Below, piece by piece: positions 1 through 64,000 of a DNA stretch of 64,000 nt (positions are counted from its first letter, which is position 1; each line of letters starts with the position of its first letter). Both the position numbers and the translations under genes were made by a program. Source of the stretch: the human T2T-CHM13v2.0 reference genome, Homo sapiens; the NCBI RefSeq assembly GCF_009914755.1, contig NC_060940.1; one strand, written 5' to 3'. The notes below the pieces were generated by a model, which worked only from the letters and a program-made list of their open reading frames with translations, made no database searches and was not told the origin of the DNA.

Positions 1-68
1 GTTGCAGCGGGGACGGGTCGGGTGGTGGTGGGATGGGGGCAGGGGGGCTCACGACTGTGCTCCTGCAG

Positions 69-659
69 GCTTAAGTGACCCCTTTGTGATCGTGGAGCTG
101 GGCCCACCGCATCTCTTTCCACTGGTCCGCAGCCAGAGGACCCAGGTGAAGACCCGGACGCTGCACCCTGTATACGACGAACTCTTCTACTTGTGAGTGT
201 CCTAAGCCCCAGCCCCAGCCCCAGGCTCCAGGCTGCCGGAGCGAGACTCCCCTGACTGGCCTCTGTCCGCAGTTCCGTGCCTGCCGAGGCGTGCCGCCGC
301 CGCGCGGCCTGTGTGTTGTTCACCGTCATGGACCACGACTGGCTGTCCACCAACGACTTCGCTGGGGAGGCGGCCCTCGGCCTAGGTGGCGTCACTGGTG
401 TCGCCCGGCCCCAGGTGGGCGGGGGTGCAAGGGCTGGGCAGCCTGTCACCCTGCACCTGTGCCGGCCCAGAGCCCAGGGTGAGTGAGCATCTGGGTGGAG
501 GCAGGGGCAGCGGGCCTGACCCCGGCCCCCACACACCTGCCCGCGCTGCTTGCAGTGAGATCTGCGCTGAGGAGGCTGGAAGGCCGCACCAGCAAGGAGG
601 CGCAGGAGTTCGTGAAGAAACTCAAGGAGCTGGAGAAGTGCATGGAGGCGGACCCCTGA
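69..659 (+). CDS. BAIAP3: BAI1-associated protein 3 (Munc13-family C2/MUN protein), last three coding exons (C2B domain and C-terminus); 5' part outside window
   Basis: Exons 69-192, 273-478 and 556-659, all AG/GT bounded and frame-continuous. Translation GLSDPFVIVELGP...TLHPVYDELFYF-SVPAEAC...VLFTVMDHDWLSTNDFAGE (C2 domain motifs)...KELEKCMEADP*, with TGA at 657-659. Confidence 0.95.
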
Positions 660-3399
660 GTCCATCAGCTGCCAGCCCCGGCCCTGGCCCCCACCCCAAG
701 TTCCCTGAAGCATCCTCCAGCTCACTGTGGCCAGCTTTGTGCAACCAGGGCCCACGGCGCCCCTCCTGTGCTGTGACGTGTGTGTCGTGGCTGGCCCCGC
801 GGCGCCTACCGCCCTGGCCGTGTCTGTCTGGTGTGTGCTGTGAACCCCTGCACCCAACCCCACATCTGGGTGGCCAACTTGGCAGGACTTGGCCAGCAGC
901 TGCCCAGGACACAGTGCAGGCCAGAGCGGGCTTGACCACCTGGTGGGCCTCCCTGCCCGCTTCCTTGGGCTCCCCGGCCCTGGGTGGGCGGTGCGCAGCT
1001 GGTCTCCAGGGACTCAGTGAGTGGCTGTGCTCTCTGCACAACGGGCAATGTGCAGACGCATTTTTGGTAATCACAGCTGGGGAGTGAAAAGGGTGCCACT
1101 GGCACCACTGGGTGGATGGTCCAGAGCCTCCACCCACAGAGGGGATGCAAAGGGCAGGTGAGTCAAGAACCGCATAGGTCTCCAGTCCCCACGGGGCTCC
1201 CAGGCCGGGGAAAGGTTCCCCTGAGGTCACTCTGAGGCCAGGGACGTCACCCAAGGCTGGTGGTCAGTGTGAAGGGCTCCGTGCCAACTGGTCAGCTGTC
1301 CTTCACGCACATATCCGTGGCCACCTGAGACCTGCTCCACGACCCTTCCAGGCAGAGCCGAGAGTTCGCCCCAACCCTTCCCCAGGCCCAGTGTGAAAAA
1401 CAGACTCACAAGGGGCTTCTTGGCCTGCAGCTTCATTTGCGAGAGCGCCGAGGCAGGACACAGAGCACAGCTGTGCTGGAAGTGTGGGGAGAACCCGGAC
1501 AGCTCAGTCCTGCCAGCAGCCGCAAAGAGCCGAGGCTGCCAGGCCCATTTATGTCCCTCATGTCTCTAGATTTTCTCGTCACCCAGCCTCAAAAATATAT
1601 GTGTCTGCAACCCTCAGTCTCTCTGCCGTTTCTTGATTCCTTTCCAAACCTCAGCCGGGGCCCTGGCCTCAGCCCCCCGTCCCTGCGTCTGCTCCTCTTC
1701 ACAGCAGCTGCTGCTGGCTCCTCCGCGCTCGGCGCCAGGCCCTGGGTCCTCAGACGCATCACTGTCATCAGTGTCCGAGGGCAGCCTGGGAGAGGAGGGG
1801 GAGCACGTTCCCAAATGACGTCCTCCCTGGCTAGCTGGAGTCAACGTCATCCACAAAAAGCCCCCAGCCGAGGACAGATTCCTCTTCCTCCCTGTGCTCT
1901 CCACACCCAAACCTCTCCAGTGGGACATGCACTGCAGGTTTTCTAGTCAGAAGACCATCGGGGTGTTGTTTACAACACCACCCCCAGGCAGCAGGAAGGG
2001 CTCAGGCCAGAGGTAGAAGAGAGCCCTGGGTCTGAGTGATCATGAAATTAAGCCCAAGGACCTACCGGGTGCTGGCCACAGGCCTGTTGGGGTTTCCAAA
2101 CTCTCTCCCTGAATCCACATCGAAGGGATCTGAGCCGAGAGAGGAAAGTGGCCTCTAAGTGAGCTCAGAGCAGGACCAGGCCTCCCACCCCCCAGGCTTT
2201 GGAGGGCCTTGGTTCCCACCCCGCCAAGGCTCACCGATCTCCTCCTCCTGGGGGCTCTCCTTGGCATTGGCCAAGAACTCCTGCTCCGCCTGCAGCACCT
2301 CCTCCGGGCTGCCGCAGGCCGCGTACTTGTCCAGGAGCTGGCGGTTCAGGTCCAAGAAGCCCTTGCCCCATTTAAACTTCCGCAGCAAAATGACAGCAAG
2401 GTCTGGAAAGCCTGACGGTGTGAGAAACAGGAAACCCAAAGAAGTCGACGGTCCCCTCAAGTGCCTCCTGATCACCCTGCTGCCGGATGGCGGCGCTCTC
2501 CCAAGTAACCGCAGGGTCCCCAGCAAACATCAGCTCACAGTCCTGAGAACCCGTGCTGCCCCCAGCCTGCACCTCCCTTGCTACAGTCCACACCTCTGCA
2601 ACCGACCAAGTCCCCCTCCTTTGCTGCGAAACAAACATTCCCACCAAGACTGCCCCACGCCTCATCAGGGCCTCTTTAGATCAGCAATTCAGTAAGGAGG
2701 ACGTGGAGGATAAGGAGGATTCTCTGGGCAGTGGTGCCCTGATAATGAATGGCACCCCACACACCGGCCCTGATAGAACAGCGATCCCATTCTGCCTCTA
2801 CTGCAACTCCACAGGCCGAAAACCTGAAGTGACAGTTGGGGCTGGAACCGTGGTCTGTCTGAACTGTTCCCCTGTCCGTCCCTTATGCTCCTCCTGGGGT
2901 CTGTCGGCAGGAAACATGATGCTGGGAGCATAGCAGGAACAGCAGGCCGCCGGGTCACACTGCTGTGGGGCCCCTGGACTCACCTACGATGCAGAAGGTG
3001 GCAGCAAACGCTTCCACGCAGGAAAGTCTGTAGGGCCGGCCATAGTTCACGGGGTTGGCGGCCACCAGGTAGGGCAACAGGCGCAAGTGGCTCCCTCGCA
3101 TCTTCCCAAACGGTGTCTCGTCCAGCCTGGCCCAGGAGCAGTCGATGACGGCGACCCCAGACTGCGCCACCAGCTGTCTGCCAGGGACAGCATGGGATAA
3201 GTTCAGGAGCCAGCACTACCCAAGGTGGAGCATGCCCCGGAGAATGGCCTAGCTAAGGGATTCAGGGACATCATTCCGCCATCCCCAAACACCCTCAAAC
3301 GGACTTCACGAGCAAGCTTTTGAGGCAGCTGCTTGGGGCACCTGGAGCATGTGTTTATTCACTCAACAAACGTTTATTACCCCAAAACCTCCTTTATCC

Positions 3400-15223
<11,824 letters not shown>

Positions 15224-16220
15224 CCTTGTGGTGGGAGAGCAGAGGTGGACGCGGCCGAGAGCCCTACAGAGAAGCTGGCTGGTAGGACCCGCAGGGACCA
15301 GCTGACCAGGCTTGTGCTCAGAGAAGCAGACAAAACAAAGATTCAAGGTTTTAATTAATTCCCATACTGATAAAAATAACTCCATGAATTCTGTAAACCA
15401 TTGCATAAATGCTATAGTGTAAAAAAATTTAAACAAGTGTTAACTTTAAACAGTTCGCTACAAGTAAATGATTATAAATACTACCTTCTGGGTTAAGAAA
15501 ATTCCATTCAAATAACATTCTCATGTAAATACTCAAACATACAGATTGAGGCTTCCAAAAATTAATCCACTTGAGGCGTCCACGCGGAACAAGGTCTGCT
15601 GACCACAGTTACACACGTCGTGACACCACTGTATCACGGCGAATGTCGAACACTAGAGTTACAGACGACAGGCAACAAGAACATGCAGAGCCGGCCGCCA
15701 GCCAGCTCCTACGCCCCGTGCCCGCCATGGCCACAGGGGGGAGCTGCTGGGCGCGCCTCCACCTCAGCCTCCACGGGGCACCTTCCAGCCACTGCTGTGC
15801 CTCAGCCACCTAGGAGCCATCCCTGAGGCCATGGCCACCAAGACAGGTGAGGGAGGCCCCAGGGCACACAGCCCCAGGATCTTGCCCCCATTTCCAACCC
15901 TGGCAGCGCTGCCAGCCATTCTTTGGTCTTCCCACTGCTCACCTGTCCTCAGAGCCAGTACTGATCTAGGGGAGCAGGTGCCACCTCCATCTCCCAGCTG
16001 TCCCCCCACCCCTGGGGCTCCCCAGCTCTACCACCCCGGAAGCTGAGCCCTGGAGACACCCTGAGGGGCGGGCGCCACCTCCTTCCCAGAAAGAGCAGAG
16101 CAGCTGGCAGACTAGAGCTCAGCTGCTCCTGACCACTGACAACCGGGAGATGTCTCGGCAGACACCACTTATCCCAGAAAAGACCAGAGGCTCCAAATGG
16201 GAACCAAGTGCATAAATACA

Positions 16221-16293
16221 AATAAAAACAGAGTTTACACATCGATGACAGTAGCACAAAATATACGTAATTTCTAGATACTGAGCTAATAAA
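16221..16293 (+). terminator. Two plus-strand AATAAA signals, candidate distal GNPTG polyadenylation sites
   Basis: AATAAA at 16221-16226 and 16288-16293 are the first canonical hexamers I found after the GNPTG stop. Confidence 0.5.
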
Positions 16294-17109
16294 TCACTGT
16301 AGTTAAAAACAAAATAGATTCACTGAAACCAAGTCGATAGTTACCTTGGAGTAGTGGACTAGCTGCAGAATGTCACGGACCCACTTCCTTTAAAACAACA
16401 GAATGTTGCTATCAGTTTGTCTTACGTTAAAACAGTTCTTAAACCACCTACTATATTAAATACATTCTAATTTGGTCACTGATGATAAAGATTTTTACCT
16501 AGACGTTTTGCACTTAAAAAATGCTATTAAAAGTCTTTGGCAAAGCCACGGTCGGGGAGAAACACGTCGGTGCCGCTTCCCACTCGTGTGCCCTCACCAC
16601 CCACGTGGCCCGCGGAGAGCCAGGTCGCTGTAAACCACAGATGCCTGTTCCTGCTCAACTCCTAGGGACAGTCCCAGCCCTGAGCAGAAGGGTCAGGTCA
16701 TCGCGGGGATGCGTTCTCAGTCACGTTTCTGCTGCGGCCGAAACCACACTGTCGCTCCAGGGGCAGACGGGACAGGGGACCACAGCAGAGCTGGGACCTG
16801 GGGGGGTCGCTTCCCCCGTGTGCTCCAGGCCACTGAGAGGCTGTGGCCGGGTCCTCTCCTGTGACCTCACTGGCCACATGGATGAGCTCCGATGATAACT
16901 GGCAGCGCGGGTCAGGTGACTGCCACATACACCCGGCACCCCGGACCCTGGCGCACACACGGCCCGAGCATCTCCCACACGAGCAGGACCAGGGTGGTCA
17001 CGGGTGCTGGGGAGGCGACCACTCTCCCAGTTCACTGCCTGACCCCTGCCAGGACGCCCAGCGACATCTCCAAGGAGCTACAAAGCACCATTGCCTAGGA
17101 CAGCTCTGA

Positions 17110-17439
<330 letters not shown>

Positions 17440-18370
17440 TAATTCTAAAAGCTCTGACGTTGGATCCCCTCTGCTGCGTTTTTTGTTAGTATCAAACTGT
17501 CTTTCAGAGGGTTAAGGGAGAAAACAAAACCCATGATGCTCCTTCACTTGCTCTCCGAGGCGCAGGCGCACAGAAACAGCGGCCACGGACCACAGAAATG
17601 CAGGACGGAGCTCTCCTGCTCCCACGCCACGAGGCTGGAACATCAGCCCCAGTGCCTGGTGCACACACAGGCTCAGGAAAACTAGCTCCTTCCATCAAGT
17701 TAAAAACATCTCAATCCATAATCACTCTGCTTATAAATACTATTTGCACTTAATTGGAAAATGTAAAAATCCTAGGTCTTACTACTAGATAAACACTCAT
17801 TTCATAAGTACTAGTTTCAGAATATGAAATCTAATATATTTAGCATACTATGAATTGACAATAAACTGATATGAAATATTTAAGTTCACAGTACACATAT
17901 AAAGCTTCATATTATCGCATATTAAAAAAAAACAGAAAGCAGCTTAGAGCAATTTATAACCTCTAACTAAATTCCTCGGTTTACAAAGTGCTTTGAAAGA
18001 CCCCAGCTCCCAGTGGCCTAGTCACAGTAGTGTCAGGACCACAAACTGCTGTGATCACAGCGCCGCGTGGATCCCGGAGGCACCAGGCCCCTCAGGGACA
18101 GGCAGGCGGGTTCTGTGGGTTTGCATTTAAGGTTTTTGAGGAAAATACCTTGAAACCGTCGGTAGGACTAGATAGGTGACAACGTGTGACAGGAAAGGCT
18201 GTCAGGCCAAGCGCAGGCGGGGCTCCCAGCCTCATGATAACGTGTAACAGGAAGGGCTCCCAGCCTCGGTCCTCACGTCGGTGGCACCAGAAGCGAGTGA
18301 CGACATGTCCGTGGTCAGGAGGAGCGCTGGAGCCAGGGTGCCCAGCAGGAGGTGGCTGTCCCCGCTGAGG

Positions 18371-53999
<35,629 letters not shown>

Positions 54000-55396
54000 C
54001 TGGGGAGCAGAGAGGCACGCAATGCCTGGTTATCATGGACCCAGAGGCAGCCCTAAGCTCCCTGGGTCCACGCCCTGTCAGCACGTGGCAAGCAGTGAAT
54101 TCCCTTCCCTTCTTCCAGATTCCTGTTCTAATCAGAAGGACGGACACACTGGACGCAGCACCTGTCCCCAAATGTGGAACCGCCCAGGTACACAGACCAC
54201 CGCAAACCCCCAGTCAACCAGTCAAACACAGTAAGAAACACAGACCATCGCAAACCCCCAGTCAGCCAAACACAGCAGGAAACACAATGCTGAATTTCCA
54301 CAAAGCTCATCCTTCCTAATGTTCCAAATAAACCTTTAAACCTGTGTGGGAATGAGAGTTCATGCCCTGCACGCAGGCTGCGTCACCTTCCTTACCCGTC
54401 GCAGTCACAAAGTGGGGGCCCCTCCTGCCCAGCGTCCTGCTGCTTTCAGGGACCCCAGGAGGGAGGTAGGGGAGGGAACAAGCACAGGGCCCTGGACGCG
54501 GCTTGGGGGACACGAGGGGGATGGGCAGAAGAGGCGGCAGATGGCGTGGTGGGGAACACAGGTGAGGTAGCATCACCATCCCATGGGCCACCTGCAGGCC
54601 CAGAGCCATGCTCCTGGGGAGTCACAGGCAGCTCCTGAAGCACGATGGGGTGCAGTGGAGAGGGGAAGCAGCTGCCAAGGCTCAAGTCATAGGCAGGCAG
54701 CAGCGACGGAGACAAGGAGACGACACAAACCGCTCCGGCATTCCTGGGCGCCTCCAGGTAGGTCACTCCAGAAGGAGGCAAAGGGACGCACAGAGGACCC
54801 TGAGTCATCAATGGTGTCGAGCCCCGGCTGGTCACAGAATCACCCTGAGTGGCCCAAGGGCCAAGGCAGAGGATGACATGGGCCGTCACTGCAGGCCCCC
54901 AAATGTAAGGACTGAAACCTTCACCTCCAGCTCCAACTGGGGAGCTCCGTGAGGGCCCCGCCCACCTCACTGTGCACAGGGCTGCAGCCTGGGCACTAGG
55001 AGCTCCAGCCAGGGATGGCTGGGGACCAAGAGCGATTCAGCAACACCAGGTCTAGCCCCATCCTCTAAGGTCAGGAAACAGAGACACAGAGTTCAGAGAG
55101 GCCGACCCAGGCTCCGCTGGGCACCTGTGATGTGCCAGACACTGAAAGCTGAGGGTCGACAGAGGCAGAAGAAGGGGTGCCTGGCTGGCTCTCAGGGTCC
55201 CCAGGAGCCAGCCAAGCAAAAGTCAAATTACAACGCTACCTTGGTACCCAGCGATCCTGCTCCTAAGTACACATCCAAAAAACCTGGAGGCAGGGTCTTC
55301 AGGAGACACCTGCACACCCATGTTCACAGCAGCGTCATTCGCAAGAGCCAAGAGGCAGAAACCACCCAAGTGGGCGCCAATGGAGTCAATAAGGAA

Positions 55397-55545
55397 AGCG
55401 CGGGCTTCCATCCACACAACATGGTTAATGCGGGCTTCCATCCACGTGACGGGGTACACGCAGGCTTCCGTCCACAAGACAGGGTAAACGTGGGCTTCTA
55501 TCCACACAATGGGGTAAACGCGGGCTTCCAGCCACACAGTGGGGT
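55397..55545. repeat. 30-bp tandem repeat, 5 copies, within an old L1-like fragment
   Basis: GGCTTC at 55404, 55434, 55464, 55494 and 55524. Confidence 0.8.
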
Positions 55546-56776
55546 ATTTTTCAGACTTAGAAGGAAGGACTGGCACACTGGCTGACATCTGTAATCCCAG
55601 CACTTTGGGGGGCAGAGACAGGAGGATTGCTTGAGGCTAGGGGTTCAAGACTAGCCTGGGCAACATGGTGAGTCCCCATCTCTACAACAAATTTAAAAAT
55701 TAGCCCGGCGTGGTGGTGGACACCTGTGGTCCCAGCTACTTGGGAGGCTGAGGAGGGAGGATCGCTTAAAGCCCAAAAGGCCAAGGCTGCAGTGAGTCGT
55801 GATTGTGCCACCACACTTCAGCATGGGCAACAGAGCAAGACCCTGTCTCAAAAAAAAAAAAAAAGGAGGCGAGGAAGGAAGGGAGGGAGGGAGAGGAAAG
55901 AAAGACAGGGAGGGAGGGAGGGAGAAAGGAAGGAAGGCAGGCAGCCAGCCAGGCAGCTGGGTACAGTGGCTCACGCCTGTGATCCCAGAACTTTGGAAGG
56001 CCAAGGCGGGTGGATCACGAGCTCAAGAGTTCAAGACCAGCCTGGCTGGTCTACTAAAAATACAAAATTTAGCCGGGCATGATAGCAGGCGCTTATAATC
56101 CCAGCTACTCGGGAGGCTGAGGCAGAGAATTACTTGAACCCGGGAGGCGGGGGTTGCAGTGAACCGAGATCGCGCCACTGTACTCCAGGCTGGGTGACAA
56201 GGGCAAAACTCCATCTCAAAAAAAAAAAAGAAACTGGAAAAAGTTTTAAGAAAATGCCTTACTCTTACGGACACCTAGGAGGTGAGAGGGAATACCTAAG
56301 AGAAAGCACAGAGCCATTGCTCACGGATGCCCAAGGAGGGGACGCACGAGCCCCCGGGGGTCGGGTGACAAACACGGTTCTCAAACTCATCCGAGACAAT
56401 CAGTGAGCAGAGCCACGTGATTACACCCAGCACATGGGCACCGCTCTGCCTCACGCTCCAATGCCCTGGACCCACCGAGACCAGAGGATAGGAGGCAGCC
56501 AGATCCTGGAGTGCAAGAAGCTGCCCTTCCCTCAGGAAGTTCTCACCTGAACCCAAGGAGGGTCCACCAGACCCCCTTAACACATTCTCGAGACTGCGAG
56601 CCACATGCATCAAAATCACCTAGGAGGCCCGTGGCCCATGTGGTCCCCCCAGCTGGTGTGGACGAGGCCCGTGGATCTGCACTGCCGGCTGGTTCCCAGG
56701 GAACGTGCGAGAACCACCGGGCTTAGGAGACAGGCAGTGTACACGACTCCCTTCCAGCTTAAGGACGCAGGCATAG

Positions 56777-57293
<517 letters not shown>

Positions 57294-57584
57294 TAAAGAC
57301 TGCTCTCACGTCCCAGGCCGGCCGTGGGCTTTCCTCTTGCTCCCAAAGCCCAAGCTCATCATGAGATCAGTTTAAACAGCAAATTCTACACACCCTGAAG
57401 TGAGTGGAACTTTCACCTACGCCTTAGGTCCTAAGGCATTCAACATTTTAAAATTAAATATTGCAAGAGGATCTTTTAATAGAAAGATCAGACTCCTGGC
57501 CGGGCACAGTGGCTCACGCCTGTCATTCCAGAACTTTGGGAGGCTGAGGCAGGTGGACCACCTGAGGTCAGGAGTTAGAGATCA

Positions 57585-57818
<234 letters not shown>

Positions 57819-58614
57819 TCAGACTCCAGACCCGCCAGATACAAGCAGCAACAGTTAATCTTAGAAATGGATACTTGGAAAAGTTTCTCCTCCCACCAGT
57901 TACTCACAGAATGCACAGTGGAGACCCAGCTAGGCACACCCCGGACCCATCCAGACAGGAGTTCTGCACCTGCCGGACGACAGAGGCCTGGGGAGGCGCA
58001 CAGGGCAAGCGGGAAGTGTCAGGTCTGTCAGGTGACACCGCCAAACAGAGCTCTGGAAAGAAGACAGAGGCCGGGCGCAGTGGCTCATTCCTGTAATCCC
58101 AGCACTTTGGGAGGAGAGGTGGGTGGATTACTTGAGCCCAGGAGTTCGAAACCAGCAAGACCCCACCCCTACAAAAAATACAAAAATTCAGCTGGGCGTG
58201 GTGGTGTGCGCCTATGGTCCCAGCTACTTTGGAGGCTGAGGTGGGAGGATCACTTGAGCTCAGGAGGTTGAGGTTGCACTGAGCCAAGATCACACCACTG
58301 CACTCCAGCCTGGGCGACAGAGTGAGGCCCTGTCAAAAAAAAAAAAAAAAGGACAAACCTGTGTCTGTGTGTCAATCTGGAAAAGTGGCACCACAGGAAT
58401 GGGGCAAGCCTGTTTTTTCTGAGAACGAGACCCAGGGTGGCTGCAGGGCCACAGTGCAGGAGCGCTCTTCTGGACAGGGGTGGGCTGGCAGATGGCCACT
58501 CGTTCTGTGGCTACACAGCTGCAGGCCACGTGTATTTTTTTTTCCCAATGAAAATGGGCCTAGAGGCTGGGCATGGTGCCTCAGGCCTGTAATCTCAGGA
58601 CTCTGGGAAGCCTA

Positions 58615-58743
<129 letters not shown>

Positions 58744-58779
58744 TCAAAAGAAAAACAAAAAAAAGATGGACCCTGGAGA

Positions 58780-59080
58780 GGCCCGGGGTCCCGCGGGGCG
58801 CCTTTTCTATTTCTTTACCGCAATCTGTTTAAAGAGAAAAGCAAGCGCCTGCCCCTCAGCTACACCCCCGGGGCCTCAAGGCCACGCCCACATGGGAGCT
58901 GCCCCCCCCCCAACGACCAGGACGGTTCCCACGGGGGCGGGGCTTCACACGTGACCCGGGACAGCCAATCGCGGGCGCGCAGCGGAGGGGCGTGTCGCGC
59001 GGAACAAAAGGCCTTTCCCCAGCGGGGCGGGGCGGGGCCGAGATCACGCTGATGCCCACAGGACCGGCACGGCGTGGGGT
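58780..59080. promoter_or_regulatory. Small intronic CpG cluster with a promoter motif set
   Basis: GC boxes at 58934-58943 and 59024-59038, CACGTGAC at 58948-58955 and AGCCAATC at 58963-58970. Confidence 0.65.
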
Positions 59081-59524
59081 GCAACAAGGGGCAGCCACCC
59101 ACCTAGGAAAGGGTGCACAGTGGGGGCACCCACGGGGGCAGGCACCGGAGGGGGTGCCCACAGAGGATAGAGGACGCCGAGAAGTGACCTGGGGAGCCAC
59201 AGGATGAGGAAGAGAGAAGAGATGACAGCAGGGGCTGTAGGAGGTCACCCTCCACGGAGGGAGGGGTGACGGCAGAGGCGTCCGCAGGAGCTGGTACCGG
59301 TGGGGCTGCCCCCAGGGGGGGCTGACAGAGGCAGCAACTGAGCAGGCAGGGGTGGAGCGAGGTGCCAGCCTGCCGTGGAAAGGAGACGCCAGCAGCGGGG
59401 GGCCCTCCTGGGGTCCCAGTCCTGCTCTGCCCCACAGCTCAGCCCCAGCACCTCCAGCCACAACCAAGAGCAACGCCTGATACGGGCTAAGGGTCTCTGC
59501 TCTCTGATACACATTCATGTGTAA

Positions 59525-59737
<213 letters not shown>

Positions 59738-60384
59738 TAGTAGAGACGGGGTTTCACCATGTAGGATGGTCTCGATCTCCCGACCTCGTGATCTGCCCGC
59801 CTCGGCCTCCCAAAGTGCTGGGATTACAGGCGTGAGCCACCGCGCCCAGCCAAAATAGAAATTTTAAAAACCAATGAACTAAAGAAAAGGAAGGCCCTGT
59901 CCTTATTCTGAACGTTCCTTTATTTACAAATTCCGAGGCAACCCTTAATGAGAACCAGAACGGGTACTTCAATAGGACAAACTGGCTATTCCCTTTGTTC
60001 AGCGATGAGAAAGTCCCACTCCCGTGGAATGAAGGATAATTATGGAGGAGAGATTCTCAGGGGAGGCAGCCTGTCAGACACTTCCTAAAGGGCCGGTCGA
60101 AGCAAGTCATTCACACGCTACAAACAAAATCTTAAATAAAATAAGGAAATTTCCTTACTATGTGTGCATATACCCAGGTATCCAAAACAAAACACCAAAC
60201 AGGCATCTTAGCCCCACTTACCACCCTCAATTATAAACTGTAAGCCATTCAGACAGCAGGCTAATATTTTTGTAATGATGTTATGGAACTGCTACTTGAG
60301 CACAGCTTGAAGTGACCACCTAGAGGCAGGCGCTTACTACAGCACTGTCCATCCCTGTAAGAACTGGATACCACCCTGTGCCTA

Positions 60385-61258
<874 letters not shown>

Positions 61259-61878
61259 TCAACACTGGAGTGGGGTCAGACAGGCTGGGTGCTCGTCTTC
61301 ACACTTCCAGGACCCCCACACCAGAGTTAAGCAGCAGTGGCCCTACTTGCAACTCAGGATCCCAGGTCTGGGCAGATAAGGGGCTTGACCAAGGGAAATC
61401 AGGGGCTGAGCCCAGACATCAACTAGACAAATACCTGCCTTTGAAAGCCCCATTTGCGGAAAACAGTGGCTTAAAAACCAATTCAATTATGCACTTTCAG
61501 AACCGCCTTGAAGTACATCACCATCCTAACCAAAATGGGCTGACTACATTATTTCAAGTTTAGGCATCAACCTGCCTTAACAACACTATGGCCGGGTGTG
61601 GTGGTTTGCACCTATAATCCCTGCACGTTGGAGAGGCCAAGGTGGGAAGATCGCTTGAGGCCGGGTAACACAGCGAGACTCCATCTCTACAAAAAAATTA
61701 AAAATGAGCCGAGGTGTGTGGTGGCTCACACCTGTAATCCTAGCACTCTGGGAGGCTGCGGTGGGAGGATCTCTTGGGTCCAGGAGTTTGAGACTGAGAC
61801 CAGCCTGGACAATGTAGCAAAACCCCTTCTCTACTAAAAATACAAAAACAATTAGCCAGGCGTGGTGTAGAGAGTCTA

Positions 61879-62490
<612 letters not shown>

Positions 62491-62569
62491 CTAATGTACA
62501 ATTAAAAACATTTCAGTATTTAAAGTTTCTAGCGTCCTTAAAAAAAATTTTTTTTAATTTATCGCCTAG

Positions 62570-62890
62570 GCTAAGCACTGTTGAAAAAATAAAGGAAAAC
62601 AGACTTCACAAGGATCTCCGTGCTGAAAGCAGCCTTCAACAGGAAGGTCCCTGGAGAATCAGCTCCTTCCAAAAGATCAGGGGATGAAGACTTCAAGACC
62701 GCAACTGCTGCTGTCTCACCCCTAGGCAGGAATGGACCACCCTCCGCCCTCCACCCTCCGCCAGCAGCCCACAGGAAGCAAGTAGAACCTGATACCACCT
62801 CCCGCCAGTCTGTGAATATATAATCTGACTTGTATTTTCCCTGTTTTCCCATTTTGCATACTTCAGAATAAAGACATCTGTTCATAACAC
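62570..62890 (+). ncRNA. Candidate terminal exon of a transcript antisense to UNKL
   Basis: T-rich acceptor ttttttttaatttatcgcctAG (62568-62569), a unique non-Alu block, and AATAAA at 62867-62872. Confidence 0.35.
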
Positions 62891-64000
62891 TATTAGGAAC
62901 CTTGTAAAAAAAGAAAAAAATCAACCAAAACAAAACCTTGATTTCTTAACTTTAAAAGTGCTACATAGGGGCCAGGCGTGGTGGCTCACGCCTGTAATCC
63001 CAGCACTTTGGGAGGCCAAGGAGGGAGAATCACCTGAGGTCAGGAGTTCGAGACCAGCCTCGCCAACATGGCGAAACCTCAACTCTATTAAAAATACAAA
63101 AACTTAGCTAGGCGTGGTGGCGGGTGCCTGTAATCCCAGCTATTCAGGAGGCTGAGGCAGGTCACTTAAACCTGGACAAGGCAGAGGTTGCCGTGAGCCA
63201 AGATCAAGTCACTGCACTCCAACCTGGGTGACAGAGCGAGACTCAGTCTCGATGCTACATAAATGAGCCTGCACATAAAAACTTTACTGTCTTAAAATTA
63301 AAATAAATACGTAAACATCAAGAGACGAAACATCCCAGATATATTCTACAGCGTGAATATTCTAACAAGCTCTCTGTGTGGAAAGCAACCGACCACTACA
63401 AAACGCTTCAAAACCTGGCCGGGCGCAGTGGATCATGCCTGGAATCCCAGTACTTTGGGAGGCCAAGGAGGGAGGATCGCTGTGCCCAGGAGGTTGAGAC
63501 CAGACCAGGCTACAGCAAGAACCCTGTCTCTATAGAAACACAAAACAAGGCACTTGGCCAGAGGTTGGTTCTCATGCAGGAACTGTGTCAAATCAGAGTG
63601 GGAAACAGCTAGGCACAGTGGCTCACACCTGGAATCCCAGCACTTTGGGAGGCTGAAGCAGGAGGATTGCTTGAGCCCAGAAGTTCAAGACCAGCCTGGG
63701 CAATGTAGTGAGACCCCATCCCTACAAAAACTATGCAAAATTAGCTGGCATGGCATGAGCCTGTAGTCCCAGCTACTTGGGAGGCTGAGAAGGGAAGATC
63801 ACTTGAGCCTAGGAGTTGGTGGCTGCAGTGAGCCGTATCCTATCATTGCACTCCAGCCCCAGCGACAGAGCAAGACCCTGTCTCAAAAAAAAAAAAAAAA
63901 AAAAAAAGTGGGGCCGGGTACGGTGGCTCATGCCTGTCATCCCAGCACTTTGGGAGGCCGAGGTGGGTGGATCACCTGAGGTTGGGAGTTCGAGACAAGC

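Noticed and set aside
386-1254. 233-aa (+) and 210-aa (-) ORFs
   Set aside because: Off-frame or antisense over the BAIAP3 last exons and 3' UTR; explained by stop-codon scarcity at high GC.

Overview
Human (primate) genomic DNA, GC-rich and Alu-dense. I recognise it from the encoded proteins as the 16p13.3 BAIAP3-TSR3-GNPTG-UNKL cluster. Exons were reconstructed by hand from GT-AG boundaries and reading-frame continuity. (1) The last three coding exons of BAIAP3 (+). (2) The complete six-exon TSR3 (-; 939 nt, 312 aa). (3) The complete eleven-exon GNPTG (+; 918 nt, 305 aa), which shares a ~160-bp bidirectional CLEAR/E-box promoter with TSR3. (4) Thirteen coding exons of UNKL (-), whose 5' exons lie beyond the window end. 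There is no prokaryotic, CRISPR, tRNA or rRNA content, and most ORFs in the supplied track are GC- or Alu-derived noise. The most interesting structure is inside UNKL. An 87-bp tandem repeat copies an entire 3' splice site four times, with an in-frame stop in each extra copy. Two frame-compatible alternative terminal exons would give zinc-finger-only proteins. An internal CpG-island promoter and an Alu-derived donor would give RING-only proteins. An intron is packed with decoy 5' splice sites, and there is a second intronic promoter with a candidate antisense transcript. Some of these isoforms may already be annotated; I cannot check databases here. Repeat-element boundaries are approximate.
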